Source: Gekko japonicus
Taxonomy: Eukaryota
Length of the DNA stretch: 61,156 bases
Reading direction: 5' to 3'
Assembly: GCF_001447785.1 (NCBI RefSeq)
Contig: NW_015169920.1
Coordinates: 1-61,156 of the forward strand
Under the pieces are notes generated by a model that made no database searches, was not told where the DNA came from, and worked only from the letters and a program-made list of their open reading frames with translations. The first letter of the stretch is position 1, and the number at the start of each line of letters is the position of its first letter. A program made the position numbers and the translations under genes. Positions 1 to 12,648 of this stretch are shown in pieces.

Positions 1-9
1 TATCAATAG

Positions 10-360
10 TAAAGGTAAAGGTTTCCCTTAATCGAAAGCGAGTCGAGTCCGACTCTAGGGTTGCGGTGCTCATCTCTGTTTCAAAGCCGAAGAGCCAGCG
101 CTGTCCGAAGACGTTTCCGTGGTCATGTGGCCGGCATGACTAAACACCAAGGCACACGGAACGCTGTTACCTTCCCACCGAAGTGGTCCCTATTTATCTA
201 CTTGCAATTTCTTGCTTTCGAACTGCTAGGTTGGCAGGAGCTGGAACTAGAGACGGGAGCTCACTCCCTCATGCGGCACCCGGGTCTCGAACTGCTGAAC
301 TACCGACCTTCCACAGCCTGCAGTTCTGCGTCTTAACCACTTGAGCCACCGCAGCTCCTC
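10..360 (-). mobile_element. Sauria SINE, full length
   Basis: (ACCTTT)n tail on the minus strand, tRNA-like head, TSD tatcaata (1-8 / 362-369). Confidence 0.9.
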
Positions 361-2092
361 TTATCAATAAGTGAAGCTCAAATGAGGGTCCATTGTGCAT
401 AGCTCACAGGCCAACGCTCCCTCTAAGGTGTGGAGTCTTGTGAGCAAAAATTCTGCTTTGTGAGCTCCTGCCATTAAAGCTGTGAGCAAGGGATTTGGCT
501 GCCGCAGACATTAGTTTGCTCTGGAGCCCTCCTTCCTGAGCGAAGACAGAAATCTGTGAGCTGGAGGCTAAAAAACTGTGAGCTAGCTCACACTCACTCT
601 GCTTAGAGGGAACAGTGGTGCAGACATTCGTTTGCACTTGCGCAAGTGCAGACATTGCTTCAGAAACTACAGGGAAGGTGAAACGGAACCCGCCACAGGC
701 TGAGGTCATGAGACTTCTCGTTCCAAAGGCGGAGGTTTCTTATTCTGCTGGGAGAACAGCCTTCAGTTGCTCAGAGGGAGGTGCCTGCCAGTTTGTGTTT
801 GGCTTCGCTCAGGAATGCTGTAAAGTTTGTTCACACAATTGCTTGTTTTTCTAAAAAGCGGCAATGAGCTCTCCACTCTCCCCTCATCTCTCCTAACTTG
901 GCTGGCGGACAAGGACAGTGTAATTTAAGTAAGTGGCTGATGCTGTTTTCCCAGCGCCAGCAGTTCCAGATGTTCTGTTTGGAAATGCAGAGCAAAAGTC
1001 TTGTTAACTTCTTTTTTTCGTTCTCTCTCTGCAAAGGATTGTTTGGGGCCAGGCCCATTCCACCAACAGGAAGGCCGGCGCCCAGCCAAATTTCAGTCCA
1101 AAGCTGGAGCAGTTTTACCTATGCCAGTACTGCCAAAGAGAGAGATGTTTTTAAAAGTCAATCCAGGTTATCTTAGTGCTGAGGTCCTCTGAGCCAGCAA
1201 ATTCTTGCTTGTTTATAACACTTTCTTCCTCCCCCCCCCCTTTTTTTGCAGTGGAGCCTCCCATCGTCCCAGGAGGTCCAAAATTGCAAAATACGTTGGG
1301 TTTTCCCAGAACTCGATTTCTTCTCTCTATTTCACAGTGTGCCCAAAACAGAGGAGGAGGAACAGCCACCGGAGAGAGAAATAGTTTGCTTTGGCAAGCA
1401 AGTGGGAAGCTGTTCAGGGGCCGGACCCAAAGGTTCAGGTGAGCCACTGGGGGGTGAGATGAATGACTGGGGGGAAATCCGGCCAAAGGGAAACTGAACA
1501 CAAGGCCGGTGGATGTGTCACCAGATTCCCATTTCAGAGACAGGGGGTGGAAGACCAGTGGGGTGTCCGTGGGTCGTGGTTTAAGAGTGAGGGTGGGATC
1601 ATCTGGCAGGTTGAACGTCAAGTTCCCCACTCTAATTTGCTGGGTGACCTTGGGCCAGTCCCATTCCCTCAGTCTAGCCTACCCTGCAGGGCTCCTGTGA
1701 GGTTGAAATGGAGGGAGTGAGAGCCATGTACGCTGTCCAGAACTCCTTGCAGGAAGGGAGGGTTTAAAATGTTGTGCATGAATGCATCGGGTCCAGGCTG
1801 TCAACAGGGAGCGGGGGCCGAGAAGCAGTCTGCCTGGAGCAGAAGAGTGTAGATGCCCTCGCTCCTCACTGTCTTCCGCATGCTCCTCTCCCCCCTCCAG
1901 CCCTCATTCCCCACAGACTCTTGCTTCTTCCACCCGTCCTTTCATGCTGGTCCCTGGATCTCAGCCTGCAGCCTTCCCTCCCCACGCCCCTCTCCCAGGC
2001 CGCCCTGCTTCTGCTTGAGCATTGTAGCTCACTCGGGCATTCTGCCGCTCTCTGTCAGCTATGACAGCAGATGAGAAAACAGTCCATATATA

Positions 2093-2501
2093 CAGGGGTC
2101 ATTTCCTGCAGGAGTGCACAGGAGCGGAGCTCCGGCAGGAAAGAGCCCAGGGGGCGGGCACATGCAACAAGCCCCGCCCCCTGCTCCCAGCAGCCCTCAG
2201 TCAGAGCAAGAAGCAGCCCGGTAAGTTGCAGAGCCCCCCCCCGGTCCAAAACGGTCCAGTGGCACCTTTAAGACCAGGTCTTATTCAGGTACAAGCTCTC
2301 CCTCCTCTGCGAGGACAGATCTGCACGTCCCCCCCCCCCCAATAGCTAGCAATCCAAAACAGTCCAGTGGAGCCTGAGCGGTGGGTGTTGCCTTCTGACA
2401 CACTTCCAGTGATGTCAGGGGGTGTGGCATATTCAAATAAATTATGCTAATGAGTTATGCGAATGAGCTCCTGCACCTCTTTTTCTACAAAATGACCCCT
2501 G
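2093..2501. mobile_element. hAT MITE family A (TIR CAGGGGTCATTT)
   Basis: 8-bp TSD catatata. Confidence 0.92.
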
Positions 2502-2790
2502 CATATATATATATATCCAATGTCAGGTTAATGAAATATCATACCTGATCCCACAGATCCAGGTCTATCTGGGTCATGCGCCTTCTGTATACCAAGACTA
2601 AGAAGGAAATACCGGTGATTATAAAACATTTTCTTTCATCGTGGGGCCCCCCCCCCCAATTTTCATCCTCTTGGCAGTCACTTTCAAGCTCTGAGTCACC
2701 CAGCAAAACATTTTCCTCCATTCCTTCTTGAAAACAGCTCGCAGTCCTGTATTTCTGCTCTGCCAAAGGGACCTCTTGCTTCCCTCACAG

Positions 2791-2857
2791 GAGTTGTACT
2801 GTTAGGCAGCATTCCGTGATCACCATTTCCTTCTCCACAAATGGTTCACAAATGTTC
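2791..2857 (+). other. Putative upstream exon of the RNase gene at 3294
   Basis: Acceptor ctcttgcttccctcacAG (2789-2790) and donor C|GTGAGT (2858). TATAAAA at 2620-2626 allows an alternative reading as a first exon. Confidence 0.35.
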
Positions 2858-2977
2858 GTGAGTCTTACCAGCACAGCCAATTGACTTAGAAAGGCTTCAT
2901 GTGGCTTATAGTCAGGAACATCAGCTTCTAGCCTCTCATATGCCTAGGCCTCCACATGTTTTTGGGTGGGGTAGTTA

Positions 2978-3246
2978 CCGTGTTTCCCCGAAAATAAGAC
3001 ACTGTCTTATATTTATTTTTTCTCAAGAAGACACACTAGGGCTTATTTTCAGGGGATGTCTTATGTTTATTAAGTATAATACAACAATCTACATATTTTC
3101 AAATACAGTTAAGTCATCTTCTTCTGGAACATCGTCATAACTCTCATCACTAGGTCTTATTATCGGGGTAGGGTTTATACCACAAATGCATAGAAATCCT
3201 GCTAGGGCTTATTTTTTGGGTAGGTCTTATTTTCGGGGAAACAGGG
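2978..3246. mobile_element. Tc1/mariner (Tc2/pogo-like) MITE
   Basis: TIR CCGTGTTTCCCCGAAAATAAGAC, TA on both sides, subterminal (g)gtcttatttt repeats. Confidence 0.88.
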
Positions 3247-3293
3247 TACTTTATAAACAGTTTTTTAACTCCTCCCTCCCCTAGGGGGACACC

Positions 3294-3734
3294 ATGGCGC
3301 CAATGCCAGTCTGGTCAATGCTACTTCTCCTGATGGTCTTGCTGGGACCCTGGCCAGCCTCCACCCAGAGGGAAACCCGTCACCAGAAGTTCCAGCGGCA
3401 GCACGTCAACTACCCGAAGACCAGCCCTGAGCTGGAGCCCCGGCGCTATTGCAACCTCATGATGCAGAGCAGAAAGATGACCACGAATGCCTGCAAGCCC
3501 TCCAACACCTTCATCCATGGGAGCCCCGAGGATGTGGACGCCATCTGCACCCACGGAGGCACCCACTCCAGTGAGAATTACTACGACAGCAACGTCAGCT
3601 TTGAGGTCACCTCCTGCCGGATCTCTGGGGGCTCCCAGAGGCCCCCCTGCAGCTACAGAGGCAGACTCAGCTCCCAGCACGTCCGAGTGGCCTGTGTCAA
3701 TGGCGTGCCGGTTCACTTCAAAGCTGCCCTTTAG
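3294..3734 (+). CDS. Secreted RNase A superfamily ribonuclease, canonical (146 aa; turtle/iguana pancreatic RNase-like)
   Basis: Signal peptide; F-x-x-Q-H (His12), CKPSNTF (Lys41), PVHF (His119); 6 Cys as in non-mammalian RNases; NVS sequon. Kozak accATGg; acceptor ...cctccctcccctAG at 3283-3284 lies 9 nt before the ATG, the typical single-coding-exon layout. Confidence 0.97.
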   Translation: MAPMPVWSMLLLLMVLLGPWPASTQRETRHQKFQRQHVNYPKTSPELEPRRYCNLMMQSRKMTTNACKPSNTFIHGSPEDVDAICTHGGTHSSENYYDSNVSFEVTSCRISGGSQRPPCSYRGRLSSQHVRVACVNGVPVHFKAAL

Positions 3735-5305
3735 GTTGCCGAGCATCGGAGAGAGGGTCCGTGGTGCTGACCTGTGCAGCCCATTGTAGGTGACACTCAG
3801 CCATGTTAGACCCTGGAAAGGTTAGAGAGTCCACTGCAAATTAGTACATTTTTTTATATCTCAGTTAGGATTTGCTGTTGCTGTAGATCTACTATCCTGT
3901 CTTCTGCTGCTGCCCCTCCCCCTTTTCCTCAGTAAGCTGATATTTTGATGATTTGCCCTGACGCTTTGCATCAAGCATTATAAAATGACCCCGTCCTACT
4001 TCCGTTTATCGTTCGGTTGCCTAAAAGTTTGCCTACAAGACAGGTGTGACCTTGGATCAGTTACAACTTCGTTCAGAGCTGTTCTCTCAGGAGCAGTCCT
4101 CGAAAGAGCTCTCTCAGGCCCACCTACCTCAAAGGGTGTCTGTTGTGGGGAGGGGAAGGGAAAGGGAAAGGGATGGTAAGCCACTCTGAGACTCCTTTGG
4201 GGAGTGAAGGGTGGGGTATAAATCCAATCTCCTCCTCCTCCTCCTTTAAAGGAGTGTCAGTAACAGCCATTCTCTGTTCCCTGGGAACTGTAGCTCTGTG
4301 AGGGAAAGGATGAAGGGTCCTTAATCCTTAGCACCACCTCCAAACTACAGTTCCCATGATCCTTCAGATGAAAGTATGACATTTAAAGTGATATGAAGCC
4401 AATAGAATTCATAGCGTTGTTATCTTTGCTGGTGCAGCCAATTTCTAGCTAGCACACATTTTTTACACCTCAGGAAATGGGAGGCGAGGGAGACGGAATT
4501 TCCCAAGGCAGAGGGCCCAGTTTGATCTCCCTCCTCATTCTGTTAAGCACTGATAAAGTGGAGAGCTGAGGATAAAACCAAATCCTACCCCATTTTGTGG
4601 CAATGGAGCGACAACCCCGTGCTACTAATATCCCATCTCCTTGGGTGCATCTGTGATTAGTTTCAAGAGGATCCACATGCAAGTTGTATAGATGTGTTTT
4701 AAAAGAGGCATTCCTTCTCGCATTGGTTGGGTTCCCGACTCCAGGTTGGGGAATCCCTAGAAATTTGGGGGCGGAGCCTGGCATAGCTGGGGTTTGGGTA
4801 CGGGATAGAGTTCGGCAGGAATGTGATGTCATAGAACCCACCCTTCCGGATCCTCCTTTTCCCTCCAGGGGAACTGGCCTCTGTAACCTGGAGATCCGGT
4901 GTAATTCCAGGGTAACTCCAGCCCCCACCTGGAGGTTGGCATCCCGATGTCTGAGTGAGGAAGTGGAAAGCCTCTTCCAAGATGATGCATTTCTGCAGTT
5001 TTTATAAGTCATTTACTCAAAAATAACTCTTGTGGGAATGAAACGTGTCTGTCATTCTGAGAACTGAACAGTCTCCCTTTGCAGCTTTATATAATAAAGT
5101 CTTCTTATATACACCAGACCTGAGAGTTGGTATTATTCCATGTTATTTTGCGAAAAAGATTTTTTTTTAAAGAGTTTTCAGTCAGCAGAACATTCAGGCC
5201 CCTCCCCAACACCACTTCGGTCAAGGTCCCCCTTTCTCCTCCAAAGGGAATGGATTCAGTAAGCATGACCCCAAAGCTTCTCATTGCTCAGAGAAGGGGG
5301 ACTTG

Positions 5306-5607
5306 CAGGAGTCATTTCCTGCAGGAGCGCACAAGAGCGGAGCTCTGGCAGTAAAGAGCCCAGGGGGCAGGTACATGCAACAAACCCCACCCCCTCCTCC
5401 CAGAAGCCCTGAGCCACGTGGAGCAAGAAGCAGATAGGTAAGTTGCAGAGCCCCCCCCCCATACCCAGCAATCCAAAACAGTCCAATGGAGCCTGAGCAG
5501 TGGGTGTTGCCTTCTGACACACTTCCGGTGATATCAGGGGGTGTGGCAGATGCAAATAAGTTATGCTGATAAGCTCCTGCACCTCTTTTTCTACGAAATA
5601 ACCCCTG
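5306..5607. mobile_element. hAT MITE family A, short form
   Basis: 8-bp TSD gggacttg; lacks the ~110-bp central segment. Confidence 0.92.
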
Positions 5608-6195
5608 GGGACTTGAATAACTATAGCAATATGAAGCTGCTTTTTATCTGTACAGGATGACTGGTCCAATGATCACAGGAAAGGGGGAGGGACCTTCTGG
5701 GAGTGGGGGCAGAGCACCGTGACATGCTGATGTCACACAGAGAAGTGACGTCATCACGTCAGCGATGTCGTGCGGTGACACTCTGGTTTGGGGGCAAAAC
5801 TCTATGGTTTGAGGCGGATGGTACCATAGAGTTTTGCCCCAAAACCAGAGTGTCACCATGTGACATCACCGATGTGATGATGTCACTACTATGTGATGTC
5901 AACACATCGTGTCGGGGCAGGATTTCCCCACACCAGCCAACTGGCTGGCGGCGGACATGAGCCTGAAAAACCAGGAGATTCCCAGCCCCCAACTGGGGAA
6001 TGGCATCCCTACTGCTCCACTTGGTCTGGCATCTAGTTTCATTTGATGGTCTGCAGTGCTCCAAGATGGCAGCCAGAGGCCTTCTTTATGCAAGGTCTTT
6101 TCAAGGGGCAGCTGAACAGGACTGAACTTTAGACCCTCCGTATGCAAACCAGAGCGTTCAGAAACTCCCTGCATCCCCCTCCTCAAAACCCACCT

Positions 6196-6795
6196 GCCAG
6201 AATTGCAATAGCTTCTAAATGGAAAGATCCGAACCATAACTATCCAGTTATGGTTCCAAAAGATGTGGGATCAGTATGTAATGGAAAGCATAACAGACAG
6301 ACTTAACAAAATAACGGCTATTCATTGCAATGTAGATTTCAGTGCAAAGTGGTTTCCGATCTTAACATTCTTAGAAAATGAGGGACATATTCCCTCATCC
6401 TGGTCTGAATATATGAAATGGTTCTGATGACAGATTTTTAACAAATGTAAGAAACAGATTATTTTCATGGTTGGACTCATTGAAATTGTAGTTGGTAATT
6501 ACAAAACGGATAGATGATCGTTTGTGTTCTCTGATAGGCAAGATGTTAACCCTCCACAGTCTTTTCCCCGGAATGGCCCATACAGGTCCAATTTTGTGAA
6601 TAGCTATTGAGTTTGGTATATCCGGATGGCGACTTATACTTATGCTTATTGTTGTTTTGGTATATATTTGCTTTACTGTACAGATGTATCCTTCAAAACG
6701 GCACTTTTACAAAAAAAGAAAGTGAAGTTATATTTCATATTTTTCTTGTTTGTTAAATGTTTCAATACTTCAATAAAAATTTAAATTAAAAAAAA
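6196..6795 (+). mobile_element. 5'-truncated L1-clade LINE (ORF2 C-terminus, 3'UTR, A tail)
   Basis: ARIAIASKWK / TIQLWFQKMW; AATAAA ~6772 and A-rich tail; flanks aaaacccacct / aaaaccccacct. Confidence 0.78.
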
Positions 6796-6847
6796 CCCCA
6801 CCTTTCCCAGGAAGCCTTTGCTTTCCCCCCACTGCTTTGAGGAGGGA

Positions 6848-7058
6848 GGGACGTGGCTCAGTGGTAGAGCATCTGCTTGACGTGCAGAAGGTCCCAGGTT
6901 CAATCCCTAGCATCGCCAGTTAAAAGGGTCAAATCAGAGGTGATGTAAAAGACCTCCACCTGAGACCCTGGAGAGCTCATCTATGTAGACAAAGACAATA
7001 CTGATCCTGATGGACCCCTGGTCTGATTCAGTATAAGGCAGCTTCATGTGTCACATGT
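6848..7058 (+). mobile_element. tRNA-derived SINE with CR1-like 3' end (Squam2-like)
   Basis: gtggctcagtggtagagc...ggttcaatccc A/B boxes; tail ctgattcagtataaggcagcttcatgtg. Interrupted copies at ~25821-26370, 50565-51135, 55018-55184. Confidence 0.75.
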
Positions 7059-7299
7059 TTGTTCTTGCCCCCCAATCAAAACAAAGCACACCTGCCTGCC
7101 AATCCAGGGAGCATTGAGAGGTCCCTGATTCAGATGTCAGCACAGCTGCAAACTCTTTCAGTGGCATTTTGCAAGCCACACTCTCCCGGACTCCTAGTAT
7201 GCCAACAGGTGGACAAAGGGTAACTGGTGGGCCACCTACTAATGGCTGTATATTCTTAGACCCTGAGGATAATCTAAATAAGATAGAACATGAAGTCTG

Positions 7300-7530
7300 A
7301 CAACTAAAGTTTCTGTCTTGGAATCTTGGGGGGGGGGGCGAAATAAGCTTCACGACCCTGATTTTTTAGATTTCCTGCAAGGTTATCATATAATTTTTCT
7401 TCAGGAAACTTGGAGTCATGATCTAGAACAGCTCTCTATTAAGGGTTACAGGTCTTTACAAGCCCGTGCAGTTATATTTCATTCAAAAGGCCGGGGTTCT
7501 GGAGGTTTGGCAATTTTCATTTTAATTGTA
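7300..7530 (+). mobile_element. Non-LTR retrotransposon AP-endonuclease N-terminal fragment
   Basis: LKFLSWN (frameshift) ...IIFLQETW...GRGSGGLAIF motifs. Confidence 0.75.
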
Positions 7531-8679
7531 AACTCCTTGGGCCATAGCCTCCCCTCTCAGATTACCCTATAAAACTCCATACACAACAAAACCTGAAATA
7601 ATTTCTGCATCTGCTTCCCTCTAGTGGCCCATCTTCAACTTTCCATGGAGTCTTTTAGCAGTGCTATGAAACAATATAGGACTAAAAACTATATGTGAAA
7701 CCTAATTTATGTATTTATTTTTCAAGTGTATTTATTTTTCAAATGGTTAAAAACAATTTATGGGCCCACCTGTAGCCTCATTACAGCAAAAATACAAATG
7801 CAATGTATACAAAAGGGAACTATTGCAGCTGGTATACAATCTATACAAAAGGGCTATACATATTGTTTTTGGTTTAGGTTATACATATTTTAGTAATTGG
7901 CCCTATATTGGTTATAGGTTATACATATACATATAGGTTATACATATTTTAGTAATTGGCCCTATATTGGCTCATAACTAACCTTTTTGGTTCTTGATTC
8001 GATTCTTTTGAGTTAAGCTTCTCTCCCCCCCTTTCTTTTCTGTCTTTAAGCAGTGTGTATAGATAGTAGGAAATTGGTAGTAAGTTGTCAGTGATGCTAG
8101 TACAAAACAGAAATCCGAAAACCCAGAGCACTGTCTACAGAATACTTTTTCTTAGGCCTGGCCAAATGGCACAGTAATCAAAGTCAGTCTGAGGCTTGAT
8201 TCCTGCAGCTGAATACATTAGTAATAGCCAAGCATCAGTAAATGTAAATCAAGGTTGCATGTTTTTCTGTTGCTCGGGGGATGGCAGATAATCCCTTTCC
8301 CTGCCTCATCCTCTCTGCATTAGGGCTGCCATCTTGTCTTAGTTGTCTTTTGTTGAGCCAGGATGTTGAGAGTTCCTTGGACAGATGTATAATAGTCAGA
8401 AATCAAAGGGCTGAATCAGGGCTCTTCCACATTCTCATTTGCGTCACTTGTGCATCTCTATTGCCTCTTGGGGTTCCTGCTCATGTTTTGCTCCCTCTGG
8501 TGGTCTATTCAATATTACATCGCTGTATGTCCAGTGTATTTCCATGCACTTTTAAAATACCCGAAGTGATAGGAACGCACAAGTGACAAAAATGAGGATG
8601 TGGAAGAACCCTCATATTCTGCACTGGGCTGTATTTTGACCTGTGCACACTCTCATGTTATGGCAGGAGCACCCAAAGC

Positions 8680-9140
8680 AGGGAGTTCATATAGGAATAA
8701 GGCGGTACTTAAAGATATGTTGGTCCCAGGTTGTACTGGGCTTTCAAGGTCAATCGCAGCATCTTGAGTTGAGCCTAGAAGTGAATTGGAAGCCATGTAG
8801 ATGGAACAATACAGGAGTGATGTGATCTCTAGAATCCATTCCAGTCAACACTCTGGCGGCAACGTTCTGTACCAGCTTTAGCTTATGGACAGTCTTCAAG
8901 GGCAACCCCATGTAGAGTGCATTGTAGCAATCTAAACTAGATATTACTAGGGCATGCACAGCAGTAGCAAGTGAAAGGTACCCCAGCCACCACTGCCACC
9001 TGTTTATCCAGCAGGAGGCCCAGGTCCAGCAATACCCCCAAAGCTACAAAATCAAATATTCATTTGACTTGGGTATATCTGGATGTGGTGGAAATGCTTT
9101 CTCTCCTCATTTGGCAGGCTTCTTTCAATCTTACCCCCCC
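8680..9140 (-). mobile_element. L2 LINE ORF2 C-terminal fragment
   Basis: HALVISSLDCYNALYMGLP...LVQNVAARVLTG...HITPVL. Confidence 0.88.
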
Positions 9141-10365
9141 CGGGGGGGTAACAGACTAGGATAAATCAAGAGGAACAGAGTCATGAGGCTGAGGACTAAT
9201 CACTTTGGCTTTATCTGACAGTCCTGTCTGCATAGGGTTGTCCCTGCTTTCTTTCCCCCTTATCAGCGGTTAATATTGACCGACACAATGGAAACTGACC
9301 TTGGAGACAATGTTTTCTCATCTCAGGTCACCATCGGGGATCAGGTGCTTAGCTTATTCCCTCAATAATGTCAAGAATGAGTGTCGCTGTTGGAATCTGG
9401 CCATTTCTGCTTTTCTAGGAGTCATAAGAACATAAGAGAGGCCATGTTGGATCAGGCTGATGGTCCATCCAGTCCAACACTCTGTGTCACACAGCAGCCA
9501 AAACCCAGGTGGCATCAGGAGGTCCACCAGCTGGGTCAGAACTCCAGAAGCCCTCCCACTTTTGCCCCCCAAGCACCAAGAATACAGAGCATCACTGCCC
9601 CAGACAGAGGCCGATTTCCCACAGCCACTGCTCTGTGCTTGCCCGCGGTTTCGTCATCCTCAAAAAACAGGATCATGAAACCGCGGGGGGAATTGGGCAA
9701 AGCCGCGGGTCAAAATGCGGCTACGCGGCTTCGAGTGGGAAATTGATACGTACCATCGGGGCAAAGAGAGGAGCGAGCGCAGAGCAGCGGCTGTGGGAAA
9801 TCGGTCTGAGTGTTCCATCTACGCCTTGTGGCTAAAAGCCACTGGCGGACCTCTGCTCCATATGTTTATCCAATTACCCCCCCCTTGAAAGCTGTCCATG
9901 CTGATAGCCGCCACCACTTCCTGCGGCAGTCCACGCTATTATATCTTTATTTCACCTTTCCTCCAAAGAAATCAATGTGGCACACATGTTTCTCCCCGTC
10001 TCCATTTTTATCCTGGCAACAGTCCTGGAAGGTAGGCTAGGCCAAGCAGGGGGACTAGGCCAAGGTCCCCTGATAAGCTTTGTGATTGTGTACGGATTTG
10101 ACCTAGGTCTTCGCTTCAGATCTTGGACTGTAAGAAACGATTGATTGTTTGACCTCGGTCATCCCAGCCCTAGTTTGGCATGATAACGGATACACTACAT
10201 GAGCTCTCTGCCGTTCTGAGGGATCAGCTGTATTTGTCTGTTGCAAACAAAATAAACACAGATTTTGAGGCATGTTAAAGACTTACCAGCTTTTTATACA
10301 CAAATAAACTGTGGTGGAATAGAGTCTGCTCCAGAAGATATATCCACAAATGCTTTTGCCAGAGT

Positions 10366-10786
10366 CAGGGGTCATTTCGTAGAAAAAGAGGTGCAGGAGC
10401 TCATTAGCATAATTCATTAGCATAATTTATTTGCATATGCCACATGCCCTGACATTAGCAAAAGTGTGTCAGAAGGCAACACCCACTGCTCAGACTCCAC
10501 TGGGCTGTTTTGGATTGCTAGCTATTGGGGGGTGGGGGAACGTGAAGATCTGTCCTCACAGAGGAGGGAGAGCTTGTACCTGAATAAAACTTGGTCTTAA
10601 AGGTGCCACTGGACTGTTTTGGACCAGGAGGGGGGCCAGGGGGAGCTCTGCAACTTACCTGGCTGCTTCTTGCTCTGACTGAGGGCTGCCGGGAGCAGGG
10701 GGTGGGGTTTGTTGCATGTGCCCGCCTCCTGAGCTCTTTACTGCCAGAGCTCCGCTCCTGTGAGCTCCTGCAGGAAATGACCCCTG
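10366..10786. mobile_element. hAT MITE family A
   Basis: 8-bp TSD gccagagt. Confidence 0.92.
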
Positions 10787-11858
10787 GCCAGAGTATACAT
10801 TTATCAGCCCTCAAGGTGCCCCAAGACTCCTGTTTATTATAGTTCTAGATATTGCTGCTGCTGTTGTTGTTAACAAGAGTTTTACCCCACCTCTCTGCCC
10901 CCATAGGGCCACCAAGACAGCTAGCAAATTAAAACATAAATTAAAATCTCATTTTGGTGGTGGATGGTGCCATGAAGTCACAGCTGATTTATGGGGACCC
11001 TGTGGGGTTTTCAAGGCAAGAGAGGTTCAGAGGTGGTTTGAATCATAGAATCATAGAATGTTAGAGTTGGAAGGGACCTTGCAGGTCATCTAGTCCAACC
11101 CCCTGCACTCTGCAGGAGCATAGCTGAAAGATAGCCCTACATACCTACAACATACCCAGAAGATGGTCGTCCAGCCTCCACTTGAAAACGTCCAGCGAAG
11201 GAGCCTTCACCACCTCCCGAGGCAGACTGCTCCACTGCTCAACCATTCTTACAGTTAGGAAGTTTCTCCTGATATTTAGCCGGTAACGACTCCCTTGTCA
11301 TTTCCACCCATTGGATCAGTCTTGATCTAGTTTGCCATTGCCTGCCTCTGCATCACAACCCTGCTCTTCCTTGGAGGTCTCCCATCCAATCCAAGCACTA
11401 GCCGGGGCTGACCCTGCTTAGTTTCTGAGATTTGATGGAATCAGGCTATCCTGGGCTATCCAGGTCAGGGCATTTTGAAAGCCATTAAAACCAAGACAGA
11501 AAGACATCGTTAAAACAAGTTAAAACCAGAGTTTAAAATAAGTACGAAAGATTAAAAAAAACAGCAGCTAAAACACTGGGGAGGAAGGAAAGTTCCAGAG
11601 TTTTTGGTGCCACTACCAGGAAGGCCCTCTTGCAGATTTTCTCTGAAGCTGTACTACTCACTGTGTTCTTCTGCGGAGCTGTGGCATGCTACCAATAAGC
11701 ACAGAGTTTCGTCCTGGAGAAGAGAACCATATAGTAGGCAGGAGGTACTATTTCATTCGTGGTTCTGCACCCAAGCAAGCCAACATAGCCACCATGGAAA
11801 AGCTGCGACCTGCGTTGTGCCACCAGCTGCCTCTTACACCATTATCTTATGTGACTAG

Positions 11859-12648
11859 GGCCCCATTCACACGGTGAATTTGCCATGGGAGAGCCATGAG
11901 GGAATGGCGGATTTTCCGGGCATGATCACACCACAACATCTGGCAAGTGGAGCGAACCTGTGGCCAATCCGTGGCATGCCGCCGACCAGGACTATTTTTG
12001 GGCAGGAACGCACAGGAACGCAGTTCCGTCTGGCTCCCGAGTTGGCCACGCCCAGCAGGAACTCATTAGCATAATAGGCCACACTTAATAGCAAAAACTC
12101 ATTAGGATTGGCTACATTAAGGGTGTGTGGCCTGACATGCAAAGGAGTTCCTGATACAAAAAAAGGCCCTGGGTTTTGACAACAAACAAGGTAAACAGAA
12201 TAAGAAGCAAAAAGTGGGTGTGGCTGGATGACCACACTTCTGGTAACATGGGGGTGTGGCCTAATGTGCTAATGAGCTGTGCTGTCAGGGTGTGGCCTAA
12301 TATGCTAATGAGTTTTGCTGTTGGGTGTGGCCTATTATGCTAGTGAGTTCCCGCTGGGCTTTTTCTACAAAAAGAGCCTTGCCGCCGAAAATGCACGATA
12401 AAAAAATACCTCCTCGAAGCTACTAGTAAACGGTTTGCCATGGGCTCCCTTGGTGTGATCCAGACTCCCTCAGTGTGATCGCGCCGGCACGGCTTTTCCC
12501 TCCGGCCGTCTTCGTTGCAGCGCACACGCCGAGGGCCAGAGCCGTGGGTTGCCGCCAACACATCTAATCGCGTTGTCACGCATCTAATTGTGGCGCCACA
12601 AATAGCCACACCTCCCCCCTGTGTTTCCCGGCCCGTGTGACCGGGGCC
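11859..12648. mobile_element. Harbinger-like MITE (TIR GGCCCCGGTCACACG)
   Basis: 3-bp TSD TAG; related copy at 50709-51070 has TSD TGA. Confidence 0.78.
11987..12381. mobile_element. hAT MITE family B (TIR CAGGGCT), nested in a Harbinger-like MITE
   Basis: TSD ccgccgac / ccgccgaa. Confidence 0.88.

Noticed and set aside
3321-3746. Antisense and alternate-frame ORFs over the RNase genes (also 29154-29528, 41616-42002, 41710-42030)
   Set aside because: Expected by-product of high GC3 codon usage; no motifs or independent gene signals.
6848-6920. tRNA genes (also 25825, 50565, 55018)
   Set aside because: The tRNA-like heads continue into shared SINE bodies and the stems are mismatched.
7875-7970. 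37-bp direct duplication in AT-rich sequence
   Set aside because: Simple slippage duplication with no functional signal.
12040-12350. Regularly spaced short repeats resembling a CRISPR array
   Set aside because: Subterminal repeats of a hAT MITE in a vertebrate genome; no unique spacers or cas genes.
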